From assembly GCA_964234715.1 (NCBI GenBank), contig OZ174278.1: a stretch of 64,000 nucleotides of DNA. The stretch is one strand, 5' to 3'. This stretch comes from Podarcis melisellensis (lineage: Eukaryota). Shown here in pieces: positions 1 to 13,599 of the stretch. The first letter of the stretch is position 1. Every line of letters starts with the position of its first letter. Made by a program: the position numbers and the translations under genes. Below the pieces are notes generated by a model. That model saw only the letters and a list, made by a program, of their open reading frames with translations. It did no database searches and was not told where the DNA came from.

Positions 1-1559
1 AATAAAGGTTGTGGCTACTATTGTAAAACTACATGTTGGGATTTTGAATTAAGTAAACTTTCTTAGTGTTTTCTTACTATGGGCGATCCTATTTTTAGAT
101 GAGGCTCAGTCACATACTGCCAAATTCAGGCTGTGCAATTAACGTTTATTTGGTGCACAACGGACCCACTTCCCATTTTTTGAAATACTGTAAGGAAAAT
201 GGCAGGAAAATGCACTGGAACATGTAGGACAATGCTTGATGCAACATCATGTCACCTCCCCCCCCCCCCAACACAAGTTGAAATAAAAGCTTAGTAAATA
301 GCTGGCATCATCCAACTTTCATGTGAACAAATCAGGTGACAAGTCACTGCAGACTGATGTGACTCCAGTGCCACCTCTCACCAGTGACAAGTTGTCTTTC
401 CCCATGGAGGTATCTGGGGATAGATCACACAGTGAGCCTGCTCTGTACACCCCTGTCACCAAGGTCATGGGGACAACTGTGCTGCAGACTCTGCTAACAC
501 AGTGTTCTATCTGTCCCACGCTTCCAAGGGTGAGCTTCAGGGACTGTAAAGTTTGGGACAATGTCTTAGCATATGCCTAGCCATGAACTTAGGCCACTGT
601 GACTCCTGCAGTCTGATTGCTCTGCAGCCTGACTTTCATAGTGTACTGACCTATGCATTAAAGCCTTTGGCAAAAACGAAGTTGGGTGTCCAAGTACTGG
701 CAAGGGGAAGATCAACTTGTCTCCATCTACTGGCCAGGGAAGGAGTGGTTGAAGGGAGCCTGCTGCCCCCTCATCCTGTCGAAACGTAGTCAGCTCCACC
801 ATGAAGATCTTTTGACCAAAAGGTGAGATATAGAAATAAGCTAAACAAATACTGTCCTTGTAACTAGCTAAAATTCAGGCAAGTCCTTTAAGCATATACT
901 TGAACTCTACTTCAGTGCAATTTTAAGCAAGTTTTTAAAGCAAAATGCTATAAAATGCCAGTTTTTTAAAAAGTGAACAGATGGGGCTTTCAGCTTGACT
1001 GGACTCTTCAAAAAGAACTCTCTCTGAAAATTTCTCATTGCCTGAAGACAGCGAACAATCTGATTGTACAGTCTTATATGGTTATATTACAAACTAAATC
1101 CAAGCTCTCACATCCAACTTAGGGGTCTTACAGCTCCAAGGGGTGATCTGTGTAAAGAAGGACAGAAGTGGATTAATGTGAACTTTTCCCTCCATTATTG
1201 GCCTTGCGCAAGTTGTTCTGACAGGATTAGAGTCTAAGAAGTTGGAATTGGTTCAGCTGACAGAAATGCAGGCTGGCAGCAAGGAGGAAGGGATATAAGC
1301 ACCAGTGATTCATTTTCTAGGGAAAAAAGTCTTGCATCTGTACATGTAATAAAATATTTACTATGGCAGCTTTAAAAAACTTTTTTGTGGGTTGTATTTT
1401 TAAAATCAACTTTAATATGTTAGATTCAATAGCATGATACTACATTAAAGTTTTTGCTATAGGTTTTTTTTAAAATAAGGTTGGTTTTGTTCCTCATCTA
1501 CCTAGCTAAGTAGAACAAAGTCTTTATTACAGCACCTACAGTGTTACAATACAGTACAT

Positions 1560-2245
1560 GTACTGCAGCTCTTGAAAATCCCAAGGTGTGGAAGAAATTG
1601 TATCTGCTTATAAGTTAGTTGAAAGTTTTCCCCAGACAGTATCAAACATTGATTCAGCTTTCACATATAAAATCACAAATGACATCATGTTGTTGTTGTG
1701 ACTGTGGGGCACTAGGGACATTTCTCCATTTATGGTGGGAGTGTCCACTTGTACAGAACTTTCAGTCTGAGTTGTATCAGACTCCACAGCTTTCACTCTT
1801 AAATCTATGGGATGATCAGACACAACAAGGGCATTCAAAAGAACTCATTACACGGTTGTTGGCAGCAGCCAGAATACATTTTGTGCAAGAATGGAAGGCA
1901 TTGCAAGGATTACAAATTTCCACATGTTATAAACGCGTATGGAACATTGTGATAGAGGGAAAAGATAACACATAATTTGAATGTTTCCAAGGGATTGGTA
2001 ACTCCAGAATATTTCCATGCCATGTGTTGGGACTTCATTTCTTAGACTGTTACAAAGAGCCTCTTGGACTCCATGGCTTTACCAATGCATGAAATGTGGC
2101 ATTCCTCAGCATTCGTGGCTGTTTTATATATAATTATGTTTCACCATGATTTTGTATTGACTGAGAAAAATTGCCTGTAGTCTCTGTCCTCCCTTGTTAG
2201 GTTGTGTTGTATGGTGTGTTAATATATGTGTCAGAGAAAAAATAA
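1560..2245 (+). mobile_element. L1-clade LINE 3' fragment (ORF2 C-terminus plus 3' UTR)
   Basis: ORF 1619-1975 contains CCDCGALGTFLHLWWECPLVQNF, the L1 ORF2 C-terminal zinc-knuckle (CxxC...HxWWxC), followed by LLAAARIHFVQEWK. A GT-rich UTR and A-rich end follow near 2240. Boundaries approximate. Confidence 0.8.
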
Positions 2246-3451
2246 GATCCCAAAGTGGACTAAGGCCTGATTTATACAAGATGGCTGCCACCGGTGAAGC
2301 TCTTAGCTATGTAATCACTCCATCATGTGTAAATGCATTCAGAAATGCTGGTTTATTTGTGTGTAACTTTAGCACCCCAGTAATTAGCTGGGCTGATTAA
2401 CCTTACCTTATTTGTTCTTGCCACCAGCCAACCCACCCCTTTCCTTTCCCTTCCCCATGTTCTCTGGTTTGTGCATAGAGCCTGAAGATAGCAATTTCTC
2501 TTATTTGTGGCTGAGCATAAAGGATGTAAGAAGCCATGTTAGAGTAATTTTGCTGTTTCTTACATTCTCCAAACTGTGGTGCAAGTATGAGCTGCTGTCT
2601 AGAAGGCCAAGGGCATTTCCTCCTGGTGAACTGGATTTGCAGGTCCCTGCACAAAAAATACACTCCCCATTCATTGCACACTGCAGTGCTACCAGGCATT
2701 TTGTGGTATTGCTTTCTGTGATCTTTCTGTTGCATGTGCATTCTTCTTTGTGCATCTGGGTCCCTTCCTTCTCCCTTTCATGTTGGCATCTCTTTGTGTG
2801 AGTGGCAGACAAGGAGCTTTGATCCTGCCACAGGACTATAACTTTGTTATAGTTTTTTCTGCAAACTGCTTTCCTAATCCCTGGGCAATGGGAAGCTCTC
2901 GTGTCTATTCATTGGCCATGTGCTTATGCATCATGTGTGGGAGGACTGTGTAGACTGGGTTGCGTGATGTTGTCATGGTGTGTGATGTGCTGATCGGTGC
3001 CTTCCGTGTATGTGGGGGTGTCATAATTAAACATCATCATGATTAATAGTTGCAATGCAGTTGCGAGGGACTCTGTGGGAATGGTGGTTGTTGTTAAGTC
3101 AGTGTTTCCCCCCCCTTTTGCTACTATTGTGGTTTTGTTCCTGTTGCTGGGCGGGTATGTGAACCTGATGCCTGTGTCAGCTCTTACATCGTGGTAGCCA
3201 TCCTAACTAGGCCATAGGATAGAGCTACACATCTCTTCCTTGAAATTAACCAAACTGAAAAATAATGTCCCACTGAAATGAAGCTTAATGGATTTTTATA
3301 GTCTTGTAGAAATTTAGTGCAGGAGAACAGTATCCAGCAAATTCTCAAAACAAAACGTTGAAAACATGAACATGCCTCTCCCCCCCACATGCACACAGAA
3401 AATTGCAATTACTGCAAACTGGTAGAGCCCATGTTACAACCACCTTCCAGG

Positions 3452-3530
3452 ACTGAACCGCCCTGAGGTCTATGGGTATAGGGCAGTATACTACTACCAC
3501 TACTACTACTATTACTACTGCTACTAATAG
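3452..3530 (+). mobile_element. L2-type LINE 3' tail ending in an (ACT)n-like microsatellite
   Basis: tgaaccgccctgaggtc...tagggcagtata is a typical squamate L2 terminus, followed by a (CTA)n tract. Confidence 0.5.
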
Positions 3531-4321
3531 GTGTAAAGTGATGACATGCATAGGAATTGTGAATGCATTGAGTTTCAGCATGTCAGTACAGTCTGATAGA
3601 ACTGGGTATTCTAAAGATCATAGTGTGCAGAGTTCTGCTGTCAACACTCACCTGCCCACTAGTGGTGGAAATGAACTTGAGTAGCAGCTGCCATGCTGAA
3701 AAGTAGTTGGGAAAATGACTGCAAATGTCCTTTTACAAGTTATTTCATTTCATTAAGGAGAGGACAAGAGTAATTGTGGAGTACTGTATTTGCTTCTACG
3801 TATTCCAGTTAAAATTGACCAAACCACGTGGTAGCAGTACTCGCAACATAGAGGTAGTGTAAATACAAGAATAAAATCAGTCATGGTGTTGAGCTGTGGC
3901 TTCCTTTTCCTGCTTCCAGTTCTGCTCTTGGCACCTCCAGTGAATTATGCCTTGTGCTTTTACTATAAGGCCATCTGCTCCCCTTTTGCGCACACTGCAT
4001 TCAGATGAGACTGGAAAGGTATGTTTAAAATGCTGGTTATGAAGTCTGACAAGTTCCTGATGTTAAAGAGAGCTTGTGTTCTCTTCACTGTCTAAAAGTT
4101 TGTCTAAAATACAATAGTCAGACTGGAAATGCCTGTGCATGTCTGAGACTTTGCTCAGGCATATATGTTTATAAAATACTTAATAGTAGTATTGGTCTTA
4201 AAAGAGAAATACAGAAAGAAAGAGAGAGAGAGAGAGAGGTGCAACTGCAACAGAGACTTATCTGTGAATACCCACAGTCAATCTGCATTTTGTTTCAACT
4301 TCGCCTAAATTTGTGCATTGT

Positions 4322-5110
4322 ACAATAAACTGAGGCTCAGTTCAGATAAGGCTGAGGCACTGTTAATGGGCAGTTCCCTAGACCGGATGGATGAGAGGTG
4401 GTTTGCTCTTGATAGGTTATACTCCCTCTGCAGGAGCTGGTATGCAGCTTGGGGCCAATGCTGGATCCACTGTTGTAGCTTGAGGCCTCGGTGGCGCAAA
4501 GTGCCTACCATCCGCTTCAACTGGTGGCCCAGCTTTGCCCTTATCTACACAGGGGTAGCCTAATGTCTGTTGTCTGTGCTCTGGTAACTTCTTAGTTAGA
4601 TTACTGTAATGCAGTTCAGGAACTTTAGCTTGTGCAGAATTCAGTGGCCAGGATGCTCACTGGGGCAAGAGGATTTGAACATATAACACCAATTCTGGCT
4701 TGACTGCAGTAGCTGCCAATTAGTTTCCGGACCCAGTTCAAAGTGCTGGTTTTGACCTATGTAGCCTTAAACGGCTCGGGATCTCAATACCTCAAGGATT
4801 GCCTTTCCCCACATGAACCTACCCAGACCCTTCAATCATCACCTGAGGCCCTTGTTCATGTGCTTCCTCCACAAGAGGTCTGGAGGGTGGCAACATGAGA
4901 GAGGACCTTTTCTGCAGTGGCTCCCCACTTGGGGTAGGCTCTCCCCAGGGAGGCTCGCCTGTCGCCTTACTTACATATCTTCAGACACCAGGCAAAAGCA
5001 TTCCTCTTTCAGGCCCTTTGGCTAATTAAAGAAAGCCTTTTAAACTGTGGGTGGGGGGGGGGGTATTTTCTTTGTTTGTTATTATGGTATGCATTTTTGT
5101 GATTTTATGC
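4322..5110 (+). mobile_element. L2 LINE 3' fragment (decayed ORF2 plus 3' UTR)
   Basis: Frameshifted motifs KLRLSSDKAE, LDYCNA, LVQNSVARMLTG, HITPIL and LP...QFKVLVLTYVALNGSG are typical of the L2 RT C-terminus. Confidence 0.85.
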
Positions 5111-5332
5111 TTCCAACTCTTTAAAGGATTAAACATCTATGAACATAGTGGGTATTTTTTTCCCTAAGTAAATATGTGTAGGATTGTGTGAACATTTTTA
5201 AATGGGTTCTTAGGGTTGTGGTTTTGTTTACTTTTATCCAGTGCTATGTTAGCTTTCAAAGGTATCTGGAGTAAAAATTGGTTGCTTAGCAACCTGCTTC
5301 AGTTACAAGTGTTGGTGAATGGGTCACTGATT

Positions 5333-5410
5333 AGCTGCATCTGACTACGTGGGCTCTGGACCACAAGAGCTTATGCTACAATAAATTTGTAAGTTGCCAT
5401 AAAACTCTTC
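5333..5410 (+). mobile_element. Penelope-like element pseudo-LTR remnant with decayed minimal hammerhead
   Basis: agctgcatCTGActacGTGGgctctggaCCACaagAGCTtatgctacAATAAAtttg matches the layout of reptile PLE ends (CTGATGAA-GTGG..CCAC-GAAAGCT-ATGC..AATAAA). Confidence 0.55.
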
Positions 5411-5972
5411 ATTGGCCATTGTATACAATCAATATTTATAAATGCCGGACATTCTATGTTCCAACAACCAAAATATCTGAAAATTTTGGTGACTGAATTT
5501 ACAGCAGTTTTTTTTATCTGTATGCTTGTTTAAGAGTATCTGAAACAGAATTATGTTCATTTCTGTAGATCTGGTCCTCTTTGAAACTCTTAATCATTCA
5601 CTTAGTTGTGAATTAAATTACCAATTGTTCTATGCACAGTGAAAGGTCAGAATTGATGGGACCTGGATCCCAGCCTTTGGAGGCCCACAGGTCTCCCATC
5701 CTTGACATTTTGGATATGAAAACTTGAACAGACTGTTGTATGCCCCGTCCCCCCGCAACCACCTCATCCTAACAAACTTGGATACAACCTTTTCCTGTAC
5801 TCCATTTTCAAACTGGGACCTAAATCCAGATGTGGATTTTGGATTTTTTCTTATGAGTCAACATTGCTATCTGTGCTTTTTTGCAGTTTGAAGAAAAAAA
5901 ATGTTGAAAATGTGGGGTGCTGCTCTCAGACTAAAGGCATTAAGATTCTCTTGGGTGAGCAAGAGGCAAGAG

Positions 5973-6226
5973 CAGGGATAGGCAACCTAAGGCCTGGGGG
6001 CTGCATGCGGCCCCAATCGCCTTCTCAGTCCGGCCCGCGGACAGTCCAGGAATCAACGTGTTTTTACATAAGTAGAATATGTCCTTTTATTTAAAATGCA
6101 TCTTTGGGTTATTTGTGGGGCATAGGAATTTGTTCATCCCCCCCCCCAAAAAAAAATAGTCCGGCCCAACACATGGTCTGAGGGACGGTGGACTGGCCCA
6201 CGGCTGAAAAAGGTTGCTGACCCCTG
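5973..6226. mobile_element. hAT (Charlie-like) MITE
   Basis: TIRs cagggataggcaacc / ggttgctgacccctg. 8-bp TSD ggcaagag (5965-5972) / ggtaagag (6227-6234). Internal cggccc motifs. Confidence 0.9.
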
Positions 6227-7873
6227 GGTAAGAGGCTTCAGAGAATCTGATCTTGCATATTAATCCAGAAGCATGAAAATGGCACTGCAGCAGTGTCTAT
6301 GAAAACCACTTGGCCTTTTAACAAAATAATCTAGCTACAAATATTAATTGGTGGTACACAAATATTAATTGGAGCTTGGAAGGAAGAGAAGATTGTCTTG
6401 CATAGAATGATGACGCTAACGAAATGAACTCTGAATTCCTCTGCAACATTCCTCTGTTTCATTTCTTCAAGGTAGGGATCTTATTTTATACGTAGCATAT
6501 GGCTTAAGTGAAAGTGAAGGTAGAAATTGATTCCAAGACTTTGATTCCAAGTCAAATTTCATTCATATATGTAATTTTGCAATTTGACAGTGTGATATAC
6601 ACGAGATTGATGATGCTTTCAGTTCATGGCAAGAGGTGGGGATAGCATAAAGTTGTGCAATAAGAATGTACTGTAGTAATCTCTTCAAACCTGATGTGCC
6701 ATAAAAATATAGAATAGCCACCTCTGTAGCAAGTGATAGATGCCCCCAAAAGACAAGGGAAAACATCAATATACCACAAATTCATAACTATCAGAAACAT
6801 TCTGCACTAAGTTATCTTATAAATGCAGACCCACTTGTTAATATCTCTGGTGTGTATTAGTAAGTAAATCTCGACATAAACCTAGGATGTTTGACTTTTG
6901 TACTTTGTTAACACAGAATACCCTGTTCTGTTGCACTAACACCTGTGATTATCTCTGCTAGTTAATTTTACATTGCTTTATCTTCCCTCTTACTGTGTGC
7001 AGTTGGAGATCTCTCTGAAGGTTATTTGCTGTGAATTCATGGCTTTTCTTGTCCTTACTACAGGAAGCTTATGACGTCTGAATTCTGAAGTGCTTTGCAC
7101 TGCATGTTTTGTTGTGCTGCTGCCTTCTCTTCTGATTGGCTTCAGGGAGTTGGAAGATGGCACTGTGACATGTTACTCGATAAAGTACATGGTCGCTGCT
7201 TTACAGCTTTTGAATTGCAGTGCTCCTGTATACCTTGCTTTTGTATTTTCAAGGTGGAATTAGGCAGATGAGCAAGCCTTTTATAATGGGTGTTTCCACT
7301 TATTGAGAAGCGATGTAAATGCTCCAGAATGTTGAGCACTCTAGAGCAGGAACAGCCTAACCTCCCCTTTTATCCGTTTTTGAGATCACCTTGAACTACT
7401 AATAGTTGGAGAGTTGAAGCCTTACCTCCCAGTTGTCTTGATGATGGAAATCTTTATTGCCTTGCTCTAATGTTTGGGATTATGCAGTTCTGCTACAGAA
7501 TGACATTACTGACACTAGCAAGATTTATTCTTAGAGAAGGAATTGTCAGCTGATGTGTCACTGGACTCACATGGGGTGCTGCTCAGCCTCCTCCCCTGAC
7601 AGCTTCCTCCCTCCCTTACTTTGGGCTTCTCAAAACAACTTGTAGAGAAGGAAAAACAGGAACAAGCCGTGCAGGTGAGAGCAAGAATCCCGCTATGACT
7701 GACATGGCCTGATCTTGCTTGGTCTTACTTCCCAAGCAGGTGGGAGGGAGACTGCACAAACTGGACTGCAGCCACAGTTGAAGTACTATATTCTCTTCTC
7801 CCCCTGTTTCAGGTGGGAGTGGGAAAGGAGATAAAGGACTAGCACACTGGTTTGCCAGCAGGTTGCTGCAGGG

Positions 7874-7925
7874 AATAATAATGATAATGATGATGGTGAT
7901 GATGATGATGATGATGATGATAATG

Positions 7926-7968
<43 letters not shown>

Positions 7969-7970
7969 TG
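7874..7970. repeat. Compound (GAT)n/(AAT)n microsatellite, likely the tail of the adjacent L2
   Basis: Read directly from the sequence. Confidence 0.95.
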
Positions 7971-8187
7971 TATTTATACTCCGCCCACCTGGCTGGGTTT
8001 CCCTAGCCACTCTGGGCGGCTTCCAACAATATATTAAAATACAATAGTCTGTCAAACATTAAAAGCTTCCCTAAACAGGGCTGCCTTCAGATGTCTTTTA
8101 AAAGTCTGGTAGTTGTTTTTTTCTTTGACATCTGGTGGGAGGGCAGGGGCCACTACTGAGAAGGCCCTCTGCCTGGTTCCCTGTAAC
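7971..8187 (-). mobile_element. L2-type LINE 3' end
   Basis: tatttatactccgccc...gccactctgggcggcttccaac...ggggccactactgagaaggccct is a reverse-oriented squamate L2 3' UTR abutting its microsatellite tail. Confidence 0.7.
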
Positions 8188-10055
8188 ACGGGCAAAGGTT
8201 CATGAGCTGCGTCACCGTCCTTTCATACGTGGAATAGCAGTAGATACAAAGACCGAAACACAGACATATTGTCTGACTTGCCACATACAGGCTCTGCTGT
8301 ATTGGTGCAGAGAGGCTGTGACTTTGCCTGTCTTCACGGATAGCTTTTGCTCCTAAGCTACTTGCTTTGGCAAGAAGATATATAGCAAAGTACATCTTTG
8401 TCCTTCTCCCACTCCAAATTGGAGACTCAGACTGTCAAAGACTGTTTAGAAGAGGTTTGGGGAGGGGTGTTGGTTTGGTAGGGAAGACGTAGAGCAGCTG
8501 TGCTGGCCGAGGCAGATGGGGGATGTAGTTAAAAACATCAAGGGAGCACAAGGTTGGGGGAAGCTGATGTAGAGGCATATGACACGCAAGTCATGAAAAA
8601 CTGCTTTAGAAAATAGAGAGACGCAAAGCCACGTGATGCAGCTTTTGTTTTGTTGCTTTACTGAGGATAAATCTTTGCATCAAAATGTTGGAAGCACCTT
8701 TTTCTATTGACAATTCCTTCCCCCACTCCAAAAAAGTGTGCAGTCTGTCATGAGAAAAGCATCTTCCCTGCAGTTTCCATGGTAAGCACTCCCCCATAAT
8801 TGAGTCACAGACGCAGGAGGTTATATAAAAGAAGCCAATTTCTGGATCTTACCTAGTGAGGCTGCATTTGTCAGCAGCATACGTAATTTGAGCATCCTTA
8901 CAACAAACATCACTGGTGGAATCAAAATACATACAAGCTGTTAAAGACATCGTGTTAGTTGTGTACCTTTCTTAGCATCTCTATTCCTTTTAGTACTCTA
9001 CTTGCTATTAGGCTCACCATTTTATTAAGGTTAATAAACCGACTTTATAGAACAAGGAAGTTGCAGGGGTCAGAGCTGTGGTATGCTGTAGATCTGCGTG
9101 AAAGAAAATAACAGGATTTGTTGGGGGTTTATATTGGAGGAGTATATATAGAGCAAAGCATATTCTACCCCTGTATTATAGAGCAGAGAATTCCCTTTTG
9201 ACTGTCTGGTGAAGAACTTGGGTACCTTGACATGCCAGCAGAGCAGATACTAATAAAAGATATTTCCTTGCCTATTCTTCCAATTTGTCACTTGCCTGGA
9301 GGTGAGTAGCAGAAGTTCTGCAGGGAAGTAGCTGGGTGAAAAATTGGCTGCCTGCCTATCTCCTCTTTCTCTCTCCCCGTTCCCCAGTGACTTGTACAAC
9401 CTGTGACCCATCAAGCTGAGCAAATCATACCAGCTACACTTGTGGTCTGTCAGGTTGTGACAATTCATATGTTTTTGCAGTCCCAGGCAAGCAGTAAAAC
9501 CAGGACACATAAGTATTTTATGGGTCGTCATCTGCAAGATCTGCACCGTTTGTGTCCTACCAAACTTAGCATACTTTCTCCCTCTGTGCAATTCCAGGTT
9601 GGGACTAGTAGCATACTGCTGTGCTACACAGAGAAAATTGCCTACTGTTCTGAGGCCACTGTAAATAAAACAGACTTTTAAAAAAATGGACTTTGTTGAT
9701 ATTTGCTTTTTCATTATCTCCCCTTTTCCCCTCTCTTTCCTCATCACCCAAACCATTTTGACTAAAGATAGTTCTTGAAAGACTGTTTGCTCCTTCTAGG
9801 TTTATGCAAGAAAATTAAAAGTATGAGAACAGTTTACAAGTTTCAGCAAGTCTTGGTGTTGTACAATATTAGCTTATGAAAGGGAAAAGGCGGAGAAGGC
9901 TCCTCCACCAAGATCAGATATCTGGTGATTACGGTAGATATTTGTCAGTTGAGCAAATAGCCCAGATACCTTGTCACCAAATATATTTGGTAGTACAGTA
10001 GTAGGATACTTCCTGGATACTGTTTTTTAAAAAAATGTTTTTCAGAACACTTTTC

Positions 10056-10056
<1 letters not shown>

Positions 10057-10104
<48 letters not shown>
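10057..10104. repeat. (TATC)12 microsatellite
   Basis: Read directly from the sequence. Confidence 0.97.
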
Positions 10105-10105
<1 letters not shown>

Positions 10106-10639
10106 GTCTGAAGCTTAACATTAGTGACCGTTTTATATCCACGAGGGGAGAGTTACTTAGAGTATAACCATCTACCAATTTAAGCTAAGTTTGGTAGTCT
10201 GCCAAAATTTATCTTTGGACAAGATCATGCCTCTCTCATCTGAACATTGTAGGAAGTGAAGGTCTTCTCTCTGACGTTACTAAGCTTTGGAGGCCACTTG
10301 AAGTGTAGCAAGAGTTCGTGTTTTCTGATCGTTCCAGACTCCAAGAGAAACTGCAACAATGAGTAGTATCCAAGCTTTCTAAGGTTTGAAGAAGCAGTGA
10401 AGCTCTACTCTAGGGTTGTGCTGAGTTTGAGTTGCTTTGAAATCTGCTTTAAAAGCACCTTGGGATGGTTTGAAGATGTACCTTGAGAAAAAGTCCCATT
10501 GGAAAAATTCATTGGATGTGTGTTGATTAAAACTTGGATGCCATGTTTCAGATTTTCCTTCAAGTCAGATTGGGCGGTGGTCCTGGTTTTTTGTGTTTGT
10601 TTGTGCATGTGATTTTCCTGTCCCTGCAATGTTTGTTAG

Positions 10640-10832
10640 TTATACTCTGCCTTTGCAGTGGGAGGCAGTAATGCTTCTGAGTACTGTTTGCTGGAAGCTG
10701 CAGGAGTGGGGAGTGCCCTTGTGCTCATGTCCTACTTGTAAGCTTCTCGTGGGCATCTGATTGGCCACTGTGAGAACAGGATGCTGGACAAGATGAGCCA
10801 CTGGCTTGATCCATCAGAGCTGTTCTTATGTG
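10640..10832 (+). mobile_element. CR1 LINE 3' end
   Basis: ggcatctgattggccactgtgagaacaggatgctggac...tgatccatcagagctgttcttatgt is a typical squamate CR1 terminus. Confidence 0.65.
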
Positions 10833-11094
10833 GTTTGAATAATCAGGAGCTGCTCGCTATACAGACTTTCCAGCTGTCTCTCTACTCATGGAACTATTTG
10901 TGTAAGCAGATCTTTGTGTGTGTGTTTGTGTGCGTGTGTGGGAGCTGATGGATGGGTGGCCCTGTTTTGCAGCAGGGAGGTGGTATGCCTGGCATTTTAA
11001 TCTCTTAGATTGTATTTTGAACTGCCAGGATCAATGCAACTGAGGTTCTCCTATGTAAATAGCACTTCAGCAGAGCCAAATGCTTTATTTGGAC

Positions 11095-11745
11095 ATATTT
11101 ATTATGTATTTATTTCAACAATTCATACGTCGCTTAACACTGTAGTCTTTAAGTGGTGTACAATAAAGTTTCAAAAGATAAAATAAAATAGGCTAAAATT
11201 AACTGTAAAATCAGAAAAAAATTGTAATTACAATGCCTGCTAGAAGAAAAAGGTATTCACCTAGTGCTGGAAATTCAACAGGGAGGGAACCTGTCTATCT
11301 CAGCTGGGTGGGAATTCCCTGGAATGGGGCCCACAATACTGAGCAACATAGCTCCTGCTTGATACAAGCTATGTCTTTTTGCCCTGGGGACCACTATCAG
11401 TAACTGTTCCCTAGACCTTGGTGATTGGTATATAAGGAATCAGGTGGTCCTTAATGCATTCTAGACCCAAGTTGTTAAGGGCATTGTAAATTAATACAAG
11501 AAACTGGAACTTGGCCCAGTAGCATATGGGCAGCGAATGCAAGCTCTTAAGCAACAGAGCAACATGCTGGTGGTAGTCTGCCCCTGCCAACAGTCTAGCA
11601 GCAGCCTTTGACACTAGCTGGAACTTCCAGACTAGACCCAAGGGTAGCCCCACATATAGCACATTTCAGCAAGCCATTCTTGAGGTTCTCAATGCAAGAA
11701 TTGCCATGGCCAGACTATAACGGGGTGTAGGGGTAAACCAATTTG
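11095..11745 (-). mobile_element. L2 LINE 3' fragment
   Basis: ORF 11411-11662(-) LYVGLPL..KFQLV..AAARLLAG..H..LL.SLH.LPI....FQFLVLIYNALNNLG matches the L2 ORF2 C-terminus. TATTT tail at ~11095. Confidence 0.85.
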
Positions 11746-13599
11746 TGACCCATTATCAGTGTTCAACCAACAACAATTTTTGTGCAGCTGCCAGGTTAGG
11801 GGAAGGCTTTGGACGGGCAAAACAACCTGATTCTTTGGTCGGCGGATGCCAGCTGGCTCTTTTAATGGGTGAATGCTTATGCCACCTGGGTGCTGTGAAA
11901 TTGAAAGGAGAAGGCTCCCTGAGCCTTGTTTTCTTCCATGCAGGTGCAATAATGTAATGGCTGGTTTCCTTAACACCAGCTGCTTCATAATTGGCTAGCA
12001 TGTGGCAATTCCTGATACGTCATATCTGTTGCCTATTCAGCTCCAGTGCCTGGGGTAGGACAGGTGGAATGTATTCTGTCTTGCCCCACAAGCAACTTAA
12101 AGCTTGTCCTGAATTGGATAACACAGTTCTTGACATCCAGATACATAAGTGCAGTGAGAAGTTGCCATTCTTCTTAGGAGTGCTTAATCGATCGAGGGCT
12201 TGTATATTGATAACTATTTGCCGCTAGGTAACCCTATGCAAAAAGAGGAGGAGGAAAAAAACAGGCAGCAACATGCAGGATCTTTAGAACAAGCTCTTAT
12301 TTTCTTTGGAGCTATGACTTTTTCTTTTCTGAAAGTATTGTCAGATTGATAGCATGTGTGTCCTCTGCTCTCCAGGGAGAGCTTCCGAGTTGCTACAAGT
12401 GAGTGGACTTTTCAAGCCCTGCTGACTAAGAAGTTGTTAATAAAAGCTGCCAGTAAGAAACTCCATATTGCAGCAATTAATCACCCATTCCTAATTTTTC
12501 CACATGCAGTTGAACAAGTGACCCTTGTGAGAAAGTGAAGGTTCGTACCTCTCTTCTTGAGCAATTACAGTACTAGGAAGGCATTGTAGCCAGTATTTGT
12601 GGAGTAAATGGTTTGGTAGGTTGTTTTCAGTTCTACTCCACATGCACTTGTCCTTTTATAGAGAATAAATGATCCCTTCTATAAATATAAAACTGTATGC
12701 TAAAAATTCATTTGGGGGAGGGTAAATGTACCCCCCTTTCTCCTTATAGATGTTTATCTCTTAATCTAGGTCATATCAGCACAGAAGTCTCTATGCTGTT
12801 AGGCAACCGTTCAGCGGTTTTCTGTAAAATTTCCTAATGAACTCTCATTGAGCCCTAACATAAAAGCAGTTGTCTTTGACTTCTCTATGCAGGAGTTTAG
12901 GGGGCTCCAACTACCCAGGGAACAGACATTTATAGAGGCTTCTGTTCTTTCCTTGTAGCATTTACACCCCATTTGTACAGTTTTGTCATCTGCAATCTGT
13001 ACAAATTGATGTGAATCTGAACAATCTGAGATTTTCTGTTTTATAGCTGGCTAGATATTCATTTTTTAAAAGTCTTACTTTCTGATCTGTAGTGTCATAA
13101 AAGGTTTCCTTGGAAAATTTCTGGAAGGTGAATGAAGAGACAGGCTAATTTATGGGCTGGGTGGAAAGAGTCAAGTCAGTCATTATTTCTGGAATATGAA
13201 ATGCGTAATGCATGGCCGATGTACTGCAGTCATAAAATCATTAGGGCCCTGAGCAAGGCATGGGTCAGTATCCACAATGGATCATTTTGTAGGGTTTCAT
13301 TAATGCTTTGCAAAGGTAGGTTTGCTTCTCAGTCAGTCTTTGAATTTTGTTTAATGTAGGTCATAATCATTTGCATAATATTTTACAAATACCCCAACAT
13401 ATCTTCCAGCTTTTTACAGGGGAAAATGGGTAGATCTCTTCCGCTCACTAATAATGTAGTGAACATGCCAAATAGAAAAGCCATTTTCATTGCGTGGTAT
13501 TTGTACCTACCCTCCAATTTTAAAAAAAGCAATAAAAATGCAGTAATAAATAACTCCATCATTTTGTTTGAACAGAAAAAGTTTGTTAGTACAGAAAAA

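Noticed and set aside
2964-2993. GTGATGT...CTGA resembling C/D snoRNA boxes
   Set aside because: The C box is imperfect, the spacing is too short and there is no terminal stem.
7786-8055. Poly-Leu/poly-Ser ORFs resembling signal peptides (also 29453-29674)
   Set aside because: They are translations of (AAT)/(GAT) microsatellites.
9250-9756. 168-aa minus-strand ORF
   Set aside because: No recognisable motif or splice support. Within chance expectation for six frames of 64 kb.
9800-9932. Possible exon with ATG (MKGKRRRRLLHQDQISGDY)
   Set aside because: The donor (ACG|gtagat) is weak and the peptide is unrecognised, so support is insufficient.
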